Shown piece by piece: positions 49,008-62,867 of a stretch of DNA of 64,000 nucleotides; the first letter of the stretch is position 1, and each line of letters starts with the position of its first letter. Source of the stretch: Octopus sinensis. Its lineage: Eukaryota. The notes under the pieces are model-generated. The model was not told where the DNA came from. It saw only the letters and a program-made list of their open reading frames with translations, and did no database searches. The stretch lies in the NCBI RefSeq assembly GCF_006345805.1, contig NC_043016.1, positions 7,502,001-7,566,000 of the forward strand, read 5' to 3'. Both the position numbers and the translations under genes were made by a program.

Positions 49008-49934
49008 CTTTAATTAACGAACCTTGAATTATGAGGAATTATGGGCAATTAACATTTTCACTGGCAGAGAACATTAAACAAAAGTCATGCATGGACAAGC
49101 ACCCATAAAGTAGGAACTTGTCATACTGGTACATGGACAAATGGTGGGATATACACTACTAATACTACCACCACCACCACCACCACCACTACTACTACTA
49201 TCAGGTTCATCACTTATCATAGAAAGTAGACATTGATGAAGCAGTCCAACACTGGATAAAATATGCCAGTGTATCTAACAGTCATCAGAGATGTTTATAT
49301 GATCATAATTGAATAACAAATAAAAGATACATATGAAAAGTAGTGATTACACTTCCCAGTATGGTTCAGAAATACTAACGAATTATGAGCAACATTTCCA
49401 TAAATTAGAAATATACCATTCTATGTATTTTTGCATGTTTGCACCAATTTTAATAAGATTTGATTCTACATAGTTAAAACTTTTACATATTTATAACACT
49501 TAATAATTTTAATAAATAAATGCTACTCTATAATCTGTTTTGCATTCATCTACCTTTCATAAACTTAAATTACTTCAAAAGAAGATAATGATGATGATGA
49601 TGATAATAAAGTAAAATGTGGAATTTTCTACCAAAATATTTTTTATCTAGCTTTATTGAATATTAGTTTCATACTTTCTATCTGTGATTTATGTCGCCAT
49701 AACATTCACAGTATTTCTCATATATCTATCTAGATTTATATATATTTTTCATCATATAATTCATTTGATCCAGTCATGCTCGTGAATTTATATTTCTTCT
49801 CTCCTACTTTTTCAAAAAGCTGTTCAGTTTTTTTTCTGTCCAATGGGATGCTTAAGAAATATTTGAATCTTTTATAATTTTTAGTCAGTTTTATTATTAT
49901 ATAAAGCGGCAGTGTTGTTCAATTTATCTCTTAC

Positions 49935-49975
49935 CTGGGGATTGAGAATATGAAAAGTAGACATAATTTGTGTAG
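49935..49975 (-). CDS. Candidate exon (xTQIMSTFHILNPQ)
   Basis: Donor CAG|gtaaga, acceptor catttcattttgaag. Frame chosen to match the next exon. Confidence 0.55.
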
Positions 49976-51707
49976 CTTCAAAATGAAATGTTGAGTGTGA
50001 GTGTAATTATATATATATATACATAAAACACACACATTTGTAAGCATATATATATATATTTATATATATTATATATATATATATTTATATTTATATATAT
50101 ATATATATATGGTGGCTGCCCCCTCGTTATTGAGTATGGCCATTGCACGAAGCTTAATTAATGTTGTTATCGTGCAATGCCTGTGCAAGAAGGAGGAAAG
50201 GCTGTGCACTGAGTCAATCCCACTCACTAAGCAACAGCAGCTATAATCCGAAAAGAAGAACAAGTCAACATCATCGGTAACCACTGAGCCACAGGTTTTA
50301 TGTCGGAGTTATCCCAGTTACCTGAGTTACCTTCTCCTAGAAGGATGCCCTGACAAAGGCTAGGAGTCCTTCACTCCCAATGGTTTAACCGTGCGATTGG
50401 GTATTCAGTCCGATCATTTCTATGTCCCCGAGCATGATACAGCCTTAAGATGGCAGTTGACTCTCAAGAGTTCCTCTGCCCTTATATACATACACACACA
50501 CACATACACTCACATACCCAAACATGTCCATACATACACATACAGTGGCCTATGAACAATTTTTAACCTCCTGTTGATTTTTCATTTTTTTTTTTATTTA
50601 ATTAGGTATACTTTCTTTTCTATTGAATTAAATACAACAATGAAAAACATTGGGGGAAAAATATCAAACAATATTCACACAAGCACATCATTGGTTGCTT
50701 CCAATGTTGAAAGTTTCCTCATGAAAGCAAATTTCTTTTTGTTGGTATTAATCATTGCGCAGTGAGTAACAAGCCAAGAGTTGGGATTGAAGAAAGGTAT
50801 CGTCAAATGAAGACGTGGTCTACAAGACCACAGAAAGTGTCCAAGAGAGCAAAGAGGACAATTAAGAAAGCTCATTCATTTACACTATGAATCTAATGTC
50901 GGTAGTTCAGTTAAATGAATAGATAGTATTTTTTACTGTTGGAACATATATATCAAGGTTGGACACTGAAGCAATTGATCAATTCAATGGATAGAAAGAA
51001 AGACACCAAATTTATTGGTGGTTGATAATGTTTAGACAAGAATAGAAGAGATGTTAACATCCATATACAAAAGAGAACATTTGTACAATATGACTATGGG
51101 TGAGCTCTCTTGGGAAAGTATCATCTAATGTTATATGACATCTACTTTCACTATCACAACGACTTCCACCACTTTTGGACTGCCTTGATAACATATATTT
51201 TCAGATATATTATTTTGACTGATATTTTCTGTCTCTAAATAAGTTGACACAATAGAAACGATTGTTGGTATTGTATGGTGGAATCACCAATTAAAGATGT
51301 GATTTTTCTCCATTCTTGTGATTTTTTTATATACACACACACACAACACAAAACACCTATGCCTGTCCCTTTCTGTCTCTAATCTCTCATCAACTGGTAC
51401 AAAAAAGCACCCCCCCACTCACTATTACTCCCTTCTTTCAGCTGAGGGAGTTTTTCCCTTGCAAGTTACCTGGTGACCCTTTTGGTGCTGCTGCCACATG
51501 AATAGCATCCAGTACACTGTCGAGCGGTTGGCATTAGAAAGGGCAACTAGCTGTAGAAACCATGCCTTAACTGACAATGGAGTCTGGTATGACTCTTGGC
51601 CATACCAGACTCCTGTCAAACTGCCAGCACAGAAACCAACATTAAATGATGATGACTCCAACATTGAGACCAATTTTGTGAGAGCATGAAGGTATGGTGG
51701 CAAAATA

Positions 51708-51942
51708 CCTATTTCTTTACTACCCACAAAGGGCTAAACACAGAGGGGACAAACAAGGAGAGACAAACGGATTAAGTCGATTATATTGACCCCAGTGCGT
51801 AACTGGTACTTATTTAATCGACCCCGAAAGGATGAAAGGCAAAGTCAACCTCGGCAGAATTTGAACTCAGAATGCAGCGGCGGACAAAATACCACAAAGC
51901 ATTTCCGTCCAGCGTGCTAACATTTCTGCCAGCTCGCCGCCT
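51708..51942 (-). mobile_element. SINE family B
   Basis: Full copy with TSD atg(g/c)tggcaaaatacc. Confidence 0.85.
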
Positions 51943-53201
51943 TAATAATGCTGGCAAAATACCATTCCCCTAAATGAAGACCTTGCCTGTCATTGTAGTT
52001 TTGTGGTGTGAGACAAGGCAGGCCTTGCCATCCACTCAAGAAAACACATAGTGAATGATCCACAATCATTTAAGCAAAGTGAGTCCTCAACTTGCTTCAT
52101 TTTCCAAAAGGTTTGCAAGGCAGCAACAGGCCTCAGGAGACACATGCGTTTCCATAGAATATGATTACCATTACTAAACCTTTATTTGTTGTTCATGACA
52201 AGAGAATCCCTCATATAGGTATATCACATGAGAGAGGAGTGCTCTCTCATGTGATATATATATCACATGAGAGAGCATGAGGAAAAGTATGTTAAATGAA
52301 GATGATGATGATTGTGTGTGTGTGTGTGTGTGTCTGTCCCTCAAAGCTACTTGATAACCTTGGTCGATGTATTTACATCCCCATAACTTAGTGGTTTGGC
52401 AAAAGAGTACGGTAGAAAAAGTAACTAGCTTCAAAAAGAAAAAGAAGTATTGAAGTTGATTCATTCAACTGAAATTCTTCAAGGTGGTGCCCCAGCATGG
52501 CCACAGTCTTATGACTGAAAACAAATAAAAGATAACCATGATGACAATTTGGTAAGATCCATGTGTTCATGTATAGTGATGTGGATGTTAACACATTAAA
52601 GTTGTAAACCAAGAAGTTATAAGTAAAATTATTCCCACAATGATAAGAGAAAAAATTTTTATGTATGATTCTGGTCAAAAGAAGAAAAAAAGGCAGGAGA
52701 AACAATCATAGAATTTGAATCTATTAGCCTTTTCGTTACCATATCTCTGCTAAAAATACACTACCTTTGTTTCACTTAGTTTCATAAAATAACTCATTAC
52801 TATGCTGGTGTTTGGAAAATATATCAGCATGAAATTTTAATGGAAACACTTTAGTTTAGATAATTTTAAAACAGGAAGTTAATATAGTACCAGGTGGTTG
52901 GTATCAAAAGTGAGGGAGTAAGCCTGATCTTTGGCAGTGCAATGACAGTTCTGGACATGTTTTGATCTTATTAGACCTTCTCAAAGAAGTATAATCTATA
53001 GAGAAGAATATAGAATTTTTATGAATAAACATGTTGCTATAACTCAAAAGAACGGCCACAAAAGTGGTGCTATAACTCAAAAAATTGGCCAAGATGAAAT
53101 ATCAAGGAACACTTGTTGCATGAAACATAGGTGCAAATATAACTGATAAGGCAAGAAATTTTAATAGCCATAAAAGTCATGCATAAAATACTTTTATAAA
53201 T

Positions 53202-53548
53202 AACTAGCACTATGACCCGACAACGCTGGGTCATAGTGCTAGTGCATGCATATACAGCTGCGTGTACTGTCCAAATCTCCAACCAATCCCATACAGCTAG
53301 CTGGCATTCAATTGGCGTATCAAGTTTCAGGCATTTTGATTGGGTTTTGGATAGAAAATTCACCAAAAATCACTTCTATTAATTTTTTCAATGGCTTTGC
53401 GGGGTGACTGGGGAAATGTAAAGATGTGCACGACCACCCTTGGACGGTTTTAAATGACCTTAGAAACTGCAAGCCCTCTAACTGAAAAATTGTGGATTTG
53501 TATAAAGGACACACACGCAGACATTTTGCTGTTTATATATATAGAGAT
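53202..53548 (+). mobile_element. Non-autonomous Helitron/Helentron-like element
   Basis: Begins ACTAG with a perfect 16-bp hairpin (53203-53218 / 53228-53243) and ends cacacacgcagacattttgctgtttatatatatagagat. Confidence 0.55.
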
Positions 53549-53901
53549 GAACAACTACATTTTTGGATTTAAGTTATCTTAAAATTTATGATAGCATGTA
53601 TAACACAGTATTGTACATGATATTGTACATGTATCATCATATATAGCATTGGAAATATTCAGTATAACATGCAATGTTTCACAAATGTAACAAGAGCAGA
53701 TAACCCTAAAATCCCAAATATTAGTTTTAAAGGTTTCATTTTCATATAAAATATAATGAAATATAATTTTTAAAAATCTTGAAAAATAATTGTTCTTTGT
53801 TAATAAAAGTGGGTTAGAAAAAAATGTTTTTTTAACCTCATACAATGTGTTATATGAACCGGTAAAATTAATCTTGATTTTAGTGGGGAAAAAGTGCATA
53901 C

Positions 53902-53977
53902 TATACATGGAGCTTTGCAGTAATTGAACTGACAACACCAGTACCAGCATGTGAAGCCCAGTGTCTGTATAATGCAG
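53902..53977 (-). CDS. Candidate exon (LHYTDTGLHMLVLVLSVQLLQSSMY+1 nt)
   Basis: Acceptor tgaattattttag, donor ATA|gtatgc. All three frames are open locally, so frame and donor are uncertain. Confidence 0.4.
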
Positions 53978-54202
53978 CTAAAATAATTCAACTTGGCTTT
54001 CTAGATAAGTTGACATTTTAGATTTACAAGGCGTTTACTAACATATATATATATTTTCCTCTTCCTGGTCAATAATCCATTATATCTAGCAATTTTCTTC
54101 ATAGAAAAAAATTATAAAAAAAGAAAGAAGCTTATTGATTTAAAAGAAAAACAAAATTGGATTACTGTTTCAACATTTCAAGTATCAAACTATTAAACTC
54201 AC

Positions 54203-54252
54203 ATCCTGCTTCAGACAACCAGTTTCTAACTCTGGGAAAATATGTATTATGT
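54203..54252 (-). CDS. Candidate exon (xIIHIFPELETGCLKQD; alternative frame HNTYFPRVRNWLSEAG)
   Basis: Acceptor ctccttcatctcatttcatag, donor GAT|gtgagt. Confidence 0.65.
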
Positions 54253-55098
54253 CTATGAAATGAGATGAAGGAGTTTGTGGCTTTGAAAAGACATAGGATT
54301 TAAAAAAAAAAAAATTCAACTAATTAACTAATAAAGCATTTGTTACAACAATTGAATATTTATAAATTTTTGTGAGTAATTGGGAAAAAATATTTTTCAA
54401 GGTAATTTTCATAAGAATGTTTTTTTAAAAACAGAAAATTTAAATACATAAATAACCATCTTTTTCTTTCACATTCAAGATTCTAGTCCAAGTTGCTAAG
54501 TTACTAAGTGAATATACTATACTCTTTATTGGATAAATTATTATTATTATTTATAACAGCCCCGCCTGGCACCTGTGCAGGTGGCACGTAAAAAGCACCC
54601 ACTACACTCACGGAGTGGTTGGCGTTAGGAAGGGCATCCAGCTGTAGAAACATTGCCAGATTAGACTGGAGCCTGGTGCAGCCTTCTGGCTTCCCAGAAC
54701 CCCAGTCGAACCGTCCAACCCATGCTAGCATGGAGAACGGACGTTAAACGACGATGATGATAATGTTACTAAGGCAGTGAGCTAGCAGAATCATTAGCAA
54801 GCCGGACAAAATGTTTTGTGGTCCTACTTCTCCAAAATTTAGATCTTGTATCTCTATCAGAAAAGAAAATTAAGGTGGCAAGCTCATAGATTTGTTAGAG
54901 TGCTGGACAAAATGTCAAGCAGTATTTCTTCCAGTTCATTACATTCTGAATTGAAATTCTACTGAGGTTGACTTAGCCTCTCATCTTTTGGGGCTGATAT
55001 AAATAAGTGTCATTTGAGCAGTGGAGTGACTGTAAATGACCATCACTCTCTTGCTGGCCTTGCACTAAAATTTGAAAATATTTCTTAAGGTACCTTGT

Positions 55099-55800
55099 AA
55101 GTACCTCGAGAGAAAAGTTGGACCTAAGAAGCATCAGTTGTGGTGTGCATGAGAGACTTTTGCGCTGGTATGGTCATGTGGCGAGAATGGATGAAGATAG
55201 TTGTGTGAAAAAGTGCCACGCCCTAGCAGTTGAGGAACCTGTGGAAGAGGTAGACCCAGGAAACCTGGGATGATGTGGTGAAGCACGACCTTCGAACTTT
55301 AGGTCTCACCGAAAATGACTAGAGACCGAGACCTTTGGAAGTATGCTGTGCGTGAGAAGACCCGGCAGGACAAATGAGACCATAACCCGTGGCCTCTACC
55401 TGGGATGTAGCCAGTCCACTTATGCATACCTTTCCTTCTTGGGACACAAAACTCTACTTGTGAAGACTTGTTGAAGCAAGTGAAAATCAAAATCAAAATC
55501 GATCAACATCAATGGAAATTGTAGCTGCGATACCAGTGCCGGTGGTACATAAGAGAACCATCCAAAAGTGGCCGTTGCCAGTGCCGGTGGCACGTAAAAA
55601 GCACCATCTGATCATTGCCATTTGCCAGCCACATCTGGCACCTGTGCCGGTGGCACGTAAAAAGCACCCACTACACTCATGGAGTGGTTGGTGTTAGGAA
55701 GGGTATCCAGCCTTCTGGCTTCCCAGACCCCAGTTGAACCGTCCAACCCATGCTAGCATGGAAAGCGGACGCTAAGCGATCATGATGATGATGATGATGA
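55099..55800 (+). mobile_element. 5'-truncated RTE LINE (ORF2 C-terminus, 3' UTR, (ATG)n)
   Basis: LREKLDLRSISCGVHERLLRWYGHVARMDEDSCVKKC...GRPRK, followed by the RTE tail. Confidence 0.9.
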
Positions 55801-57154
55801 TTTCCAAATTGCCAAGATTTCTGGCAATTTGCTGTGCAGAAGCTACATCAAGCTAAGTTAAACTGAATTTGTGGTCAGTGCCAGTGACAAGTAAAAGAAA
55901 CCTATGCTGGTGACACTTAAAAGGCACCTGTGCCAGTGACATGTAAAAGGTACCCAGTGATATGTAAAAGGTATCCAGTACACTCTGCGGAGTGTGTGGC
56001 ATTAGGAAGAGCATCCAGCCATAGAAACCAAACCAAAATCAGATTGGAATCTTGTGCAGTTCTCTGGCTTACATCGACCCCAGTGTGTAACTGGTACTTA
56101 ATTTATTGACCCTGAAAGGATGAAAGGCTAAGTCGACCTCAGCGGAATTTGAACTCAGAATGTAACGGCAGACGAAATACAGCTACACACTTCGCTCGGC
56201 GTGCTAATGTTTCTGCCAGCTCGCCACCTTCCAGTCAAACCATCTAACTCATGCCAGCACAGAAAGCAGACATTAAATGATGATGATTATATTATAATTT
56301 ATTACTATTGTTTTGCATTTGCCATAATTTATACAAACTGCACCCAAATGTCAACTTGAGACATCAGTAGACAAGAGGTTTTGCATCTAAGGAGGCAAAT
56401 AGGTGAGATGCCATGATATTGAAAAGACTGATACCTGTGTGTCATATATATTATGTGTGTATGTGTGTCTGTGTTTGTCACCCAACCACCACTTGGCAAC
56501 TAGGGTTGGTGTGTTTAGGTCTCTGTAACTTAGCGGTTCAGCAAAAAAGTGATAAAATAAGTACCAAGGTTGATTTATTTGAATAAAATTCTTCAAGGTA
56601 GTACCCAGTCTAACAGATCTGACTGGCTCCTGTGCCAGTGGCACATAAAAAAGCAACTACTACACACTCAGAGTGGTTGGCATTAGGAAGGGCAGCCAGC
56701 TGTAGAAACTTTGCCAGATCAGTTTGGAGCCTGGTGCAGCCATCAGGCTCACCAGTCCTCAGTCAAACTGTCCAACCCATGTCAGCATGGAAAGCATGTT
56801 AAATGATGATGATGATATATATTATATATATGTATTACATACACACACACCTTTATCACTTTATTACATGGAGAGTAATATACTCGAGGTAATCATAACT
56901 ATGATATTTTTCAAATTCACTTATTTTGAGGAGCTAGGAATTTAATCTACACATTTGTTTTCCCCTTTTGATATCATTCCAAGTTCCCTAATAATAATAA
57001 GTGATGCTGTCTTACTATTATTTATATTTTGAGTTCAAATGCTACTATGGTTGACTCTGCCTTTCAGGATTGATAAAATAAATACCAGTTGAGCACTAAG
57101 GAAGGGGAAGATATCAATGTAACTATTTCAGCCTCTGTGCCTATAGTACGAAGG

Positions 57155-57199
<45 letters not shown>

Positions 57200-58015
57200 T
57201 TGTGCTTTGGTTTAAAGCCAAATGTCCTTCATAATGGTATGCTAACCACTTAATTGTAAACTAAGAACAGAACCAGTTTTGTTAGTCATACAACAGAAGC
57301 ATGTATAGCAGTGTCTTGTTCAAGTTGCATAACTCAATGGCTTTAGTTTGAAAAAACATGATGTTATCAGTGGTGCAGCACAACCAACTTCCCATATATT
57401 TTGTTTTGTTTATAAACATATTACAAATATTAGTTGTCCAATAAATTTTCGTAAGTTAGAAAACACACAAGCATTCATATGTTAGGTAATTGAGTGGGTA
57501 CATTATTTACATAGTATTATAAATTTAGTCTCCTAACAGCTGAATCATAAAACTGGACAGTTTCATGTTAAAGAACCTCTCAAGTGTGGAAAGGTAAATT
57601 AACAGTCATCAGATATGGTAGAGTTGTACAATAGCACATCAGGAAATTATTGGTTTTGTACACACACAAGTGTGTGTATGTGTGTAAATATGTCACAAGC
57701 TCACCATAACAATAACAATGCCGAGCTAAAATATTAAAGTTTCTAATTCGTTGAGGTGCTGTTACTAATAATCAAAAACTTTCATCTTCCTTCAAAATCA
57801 TCATCATTATCATGTAATGTCTGCTTTTCCAAGCTTGCATGGGTCGGATGAAATTTGTTGAGGCAGATTTTCTGAGGCTGGATGCTCTATGTTGCCAACC
57901 CTCATTTATTTCTAAGCAAGGTACTACATCCCTATGGCCAGGTGCTTTTTCTAATTGTAATTTCCTGTAAGATTGGAAATGAACATCGCTTAGTGATGGT
58001 TGTGCTCATTGTAAA

Positions 58016-58247
58016 GGCGGTGAGCTGGTAGAAACTTTAGCACGTCTGGTGAGATGCTTAGCAGTATTTCGTCTGTTGTTACATTGTGAGTTCAAATTTC
58101 GCTGAGGTTGACTTTGCCTTTCATCATTCCGGGGTCGATAAATTAAGTACCAGTTACGCACTGGGGTCGATGTAATCGACTTAATTCCTATGTCGTCCTT
58201 GTTTGTCCCCTCTATGTTTAGCCCCTTGTGGGTAGTAAAGAAATAGG
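58016..58247 (+). mobile_element. SINE family B
   Basis: TSD ggttgtgctcatt at 57998 and 58246. Confidence 0.85.
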
Positions 58248-58300
58248 TTGTGCTCATTTACAACATATCAAGGCAAGGGCACACACACACACACACTTAC

Positions 58301-58376
58301 ACAAAGATCAGTGAGACACCTTCCATATTTATAATCAGTAAGATGACCCGCTTTGTGCATTTTCTCATATTTTCTG
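58301..58376 (-). CDS. Candidate exon (xRKYEKMHKAGHLTDYKYGRCLTDLC; a second frame is also open)
   Basis: Acceptor tttttgtttttgatttctttaaag (NAGNAG), donor TGT|gtaagt. Confidence 0.65.
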
Positions 58377-59434
58377 CTTTAAAGAAATCAAAAACAAAAA
58401 TCAGGCAAAATTGTACTGTAGCATAGATTTGGGGAAAATTTAAATGCAAAATAAAATTTAGATTCAAAAAGCCATTCATATGAATGTTATATTTTTAGTA
58501 AACAAAACACAAATAACACTTAGTCTTATTTAACAATTCTAATGTGTCGCTATCTAAAAATATGAGGTGGCCTTTGCTCAATGAAAATAAACAATGTTAT
58601 TTTGTTAGAGTTTATTTAAAATAAACTGGCTTATTAAAGTTAATGACTGCTTTTGTAGATCAAACAAATTTTATTATTTGTTATTTCTCAATATTTATTC
58701 ACATTAAAATTAGCTGTTTTGAAATTTGAATAACTTGACAGAATCTATATTTGTCCATGAATAAAATGGTCACAGACAAACGTTAATAAATTTATCAAAT
58801 TTTAATTGTTGTTTGGGACCCAGAATGGCTCCAGTTAAGCAGATCTTTGAGCAAAACCATTCCAGTTGAGATCATTGCCCAATTCCTTTTCCCTGGGCAC
58901 ACTTTCTTTAGAACTACATTATTCTTCATTGCACATCCTTCTTTTCTAAGATAGTTTGAGCTGAAGGAATTTTAATTATTACTATTAATAGGTCAAACAA
59001 CTACATAGTCATTCTCTCATGACCAAATTTGAATTTTCAGCATAAATCAATAAATTCTGTTTAAATACAATTTGAATTAATAAAAGAGGAATCAGCAACT
59101 CTAGGTAAAAAAAAAATTAAAATGTAATTAACAAGTGGTATAAGTGATGATGCAGCACTGTCCCAGATGTGGAAGCAGTACTCCATTGTGGGCCTTACTG
59201 AGCCTTGTATGTGCTAGCAACTGTTAGGGGCTGAAGTATAATCTGGCCTTCTGATATGATAGGTTCAAGAGAGGGTTCTAATATTTTGGGATGTTGAAGA
59301 ATTGAATTGATGGTATTGTGATGAAAGTTAGCATCAGAGTTCAAAACAGACTTGAAATGTTCTTTGCATCAAGAGAGGATATCAGTTTTATCAGTAAACA
59401 GTGTCTGGCCATTAGATGACAGAATCAGTAAGGA

Positions 59435-59715
59435 ACAGCTGTAGTGGTGCCAACGGCTGTAGCGGTGGCAACGGCTGTAGCGGTGGCAACGGCTGTAGCG
59501 GTGGTAACGGCTGTAGCGGTGGTAACGGCTGTAGCGGTGGTAACGGCTGTAGCGGTGGTAACGGCTGTAGCGGTGGTAACAGCTGTAGTGGTGGTAACGA
59601 CTGTAGCGGTGGCAATGGCTGTAGTGGTGGTAACGGCTGTTGCAGTGGCAATGGCTGTAGTGGTGGTAATGGCTGCAGTGGTGGTAATGGCTGCAGTGGT
59701 GGTAATGGCTGTAGT
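59435..59715. repeat. 18-bp minisatellite (aacggctgtagcggtggt), about 15 copies
   Basis: Direct inspection. Confidence 0.9.
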
Positions 59716-60194
59716 TGTACAGTGGTGATAATAGAGATTGTGATGATCACAACAATGAAGAATGATATAAATGGCAAATAATAGTAGAAGTGAAAACCAA
59801 GTGAGGGAGTTAGAAGATACTGACAATGGCAGGAACAAGTAACCAAGATGATGGCAATGATGATGATTACTCCATCAAGAAATGGCTTGTTTTTATTTTT
59901 CCTCAAATGTTGTTACTGATTCTACTCTTCCTTAGTAATGCTTATTCCAAGTTAGCTCGTATGACTCTTTTTTCAGTTCGTTTGTGTACATATTTTATGT
60001 TGTCATACTCAACTAACCAGAAATATTGTTATTATGCATCACTGGTTTAAACTAGACAGTATTACGTTTCTGCCAATTCCATGTTCTTTTTCCCTGCTGC
60101 ACAGAAGAAGTGTTATGTCTGTTAATATTTATCAATAAAAAGGGGCTTGCCAAGTGGTATAAAGTCTTGGATCATTGGATCACCACCAAAAGTT

Positions 60195-60605
60195 TCACAC
60201 ACACACACACGTATGCATACACATATACACACACACGTATGCATACACATATACACACACACACGTATGCATACATATATTCACACATGTATACACATAT
60301 ATATATATATATATATATATCAACATATGCATACACATACATATATACACATATGCATACACATACATATATACACATATACATACACATACATACACAT
60401 ACATACACACACATATATATTATATATAATATATATATATATATATTATATACACACACACATATGCATACTCATATATATATACACGAATGTATACACA
60501 TATATATATACACATATACATACATAATATATATACATGCACACTTACATATACATGCATATATGTATACACATCTATGCACATATATAAATACACACAT
60601 ACATA
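60195..60605. repeat. (CA/TA) microsatellite
   Basis: Direct inspection. Confidence 0.9.
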
Positions 60606-61016
60606 TATCTTTGTTGCAGACATCATCCTAACCACACATCCATAGGCTTTATGTAATGTATATCTCAAAAATATAAGCTAATTTGGCAGAATGCATATCA
60701 TTCTAAAAACAATGGAATTCCTGGCAGTTTGGAATGATCAGTACAGCAGTCTTATGAAGGAAATGATGTTCTTATGTAGACAACGTAAGCAATACCCAGA
60801 CTAAAACTAATATTACCAAATATATAAAAAAAGATAAATAAATGATTACCAATTCATCGTAAAAATGCTAATATAATACTTAGAATTCAGAAATGATTAG
60901 GATTTTGATGTTAGACAGGCACTAGCTCTCTTGCCTTGAATGATCAATGTTTAAATTAAATGTTTAGCTATTAATTCTATGTGGCATACGTTTAGCTCCA
61001 TAATACATTAAACAGA

Positions 61017-61208
61017 AAGGAAATAAAAAACAATGAATCCTGCTTTTCCTCTCTCAATGACATTACTGTTGAAATCTGCCTCAAAATAATTAACTTCCTA
61101 GACATTACATTGAACCTAGATAACTCAACATATGGTGCATATTGCAAAACCAACCAAAACAAAAAAAAATCCATTAATAATTCTTTACCACCCAAAGGAA
61201 ATTACAAT
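61017..61208 (+). mobile_element. Penelope-like RT fragment cut by the gap
   Basis: RKEIKNNESCFSSLNDITVEICLKIINFLDITLNLDNSTYGAYCKTN, homologous to the NFLDIKMNLNTGKFKPY segment at ~20880. Confidence 0.7.
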
Positions 61209-61308
61209 NNNNNNNNNNNNNNNNNNNNNNNNNNNNNNNNNNNNNNNNNNNNNNNNNNNNNNNNNNNNNNNNNNNNNNNNNNNNNNNNNNNNNNNNNNNN
61301 NNNNNNNN
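61209..61308. other. Assembly gap (100 N)
   Basis: Run of n. Confidence 1.
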
Positions 61309-61365
61309 ATAGGTCTGTCTATTTTCACTTGACTTACTCCTTAAAAAAAGTAAATATTCTGGTGT

Positions 61366-61742
61366 AGGAGTGGCTGTGTGATAAGTAGCTTGCTTACCAA
61401 CCACATGATTACGGGTTCAGTCCCACTGTGTGGCACCTTGGGCAAGTGTCTTCTACTATAGCCTCGGGTCGACCAAAGCCTTGTGAGTGGATTTGGTAGA
61501 CGGAAACTGAAAGAAGCCTGTCGTATATATGTATATGTATGTGTGTTTGTGTGTCTGTTTTTGTCCCCCCACCATCGCTTGACAACCGATGCTAGTGTGT
61601 TTACGTCACCGTAACTTAGCAGTTCGGCAAAAACAGACTGATAGAATAAGAACTAGGCTTACAAAGAATAAGTCCTGGGGTCGATTTGCTCGACTAAAGG
61701 CGGTGCTCCAGCATGGCCTCAGTCAAATGACTGAAACAAGTT
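61366..61742 (+). mobile_element. SINE family A, full length
   Basis: Family motifs. Confidence 0.9.
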
Positions 61743-62867
61743 ATTCTTTTATTTTTTTCAGAGTAATATGAATACTAAAGGGTTAATACTTATAGTAGGT
61801 GCTTGTAATTTATAACTTGTAATTTGTTGATGGTGGGTGAGAGGACAGTGTAGGTGCATGATATTCATAACCCTTTGCGGGACTCCCAATGGGTGAGATT
61901 GATTTTCAGTTTGAACATTTTATTGCCATCTACAGTAAAAAATAAATAAATAAATAAAAAAGCTCAATGATAGGAGTGGAGTTTTGTGGGCTGAAATGGA
62001 CAAAAGGGTTAAATTTTATTAATTATGAAATTATAATTTTAAATCTTAACACGGGTTTAAAAGAAATGAAAAATTGCTTTAGTTCATGATTAAATTTTTG
62101 GCTGTACAAAAGGTCTTTAAAAATATTTGTTCTATTCTATATTAAAAAATCTAAATTTGTTACTGTTTTGAAAATAAATCATTTAAGAGATTTCAATTTT
62201 TGAAATCTTTTCAATTCTTAAATTATTTATATCTAAGAGTCTGCTAAACAATTTATGTTCAACAATTTAAAAATTGCTAAACAATTTATGTACAAAAATT
62301 TGAATTTGGTAAACCATTTATATGCAACAATAATTTGATAAACAATTTGTGTGCAAAACAAAAAAAAAAATTATAAAAAAACTAAGCTGAATCAACTAAA
62401 ATAGGTTTTGGGTGAAATGAATTAAGAATATATATTTAAAGAAAAATGTATTGTTTAACTCGTGTCTGGAGCATAACAAATACTTTGAATTATTCTGCAT
62501 GTGTGTGTGTGTGTGTATATAAAATATATGTATGTGTGTGTATGTATATATCATCATTTAACATCTGTTTTCCATGCAGGCATAGGTTTGATGGTTTTAC
62601 AAAAGTTGGTCAGCTGGAGATCTATTCAGGCTCCATTATCTGTTCTGGCATGGTTTCTACAGCTGGATGCCCTTCCTAATACCAACCACTTTACAATGTG
62701 CTGGGTGCCTTTTATGTTGCACTGGCACAAGTACTTTTTATGTGGAACCAGCACAAATGGGAGATTAATATTTCACAAGGTCTTCAGCCATGCTACACTT
62801 TTGTAACTTGTCTGCAAACCCTGTGCACACATAGCTGAAACTTGACCAAAATATTATAAGTACATCA

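Noticed and set aside
50545-50870. Possible Tc1/mariner end (TA-CAGTGG) and transposase-like peptide
   Set aside because: No matching second TIR or diagnostic DDE motif was found.
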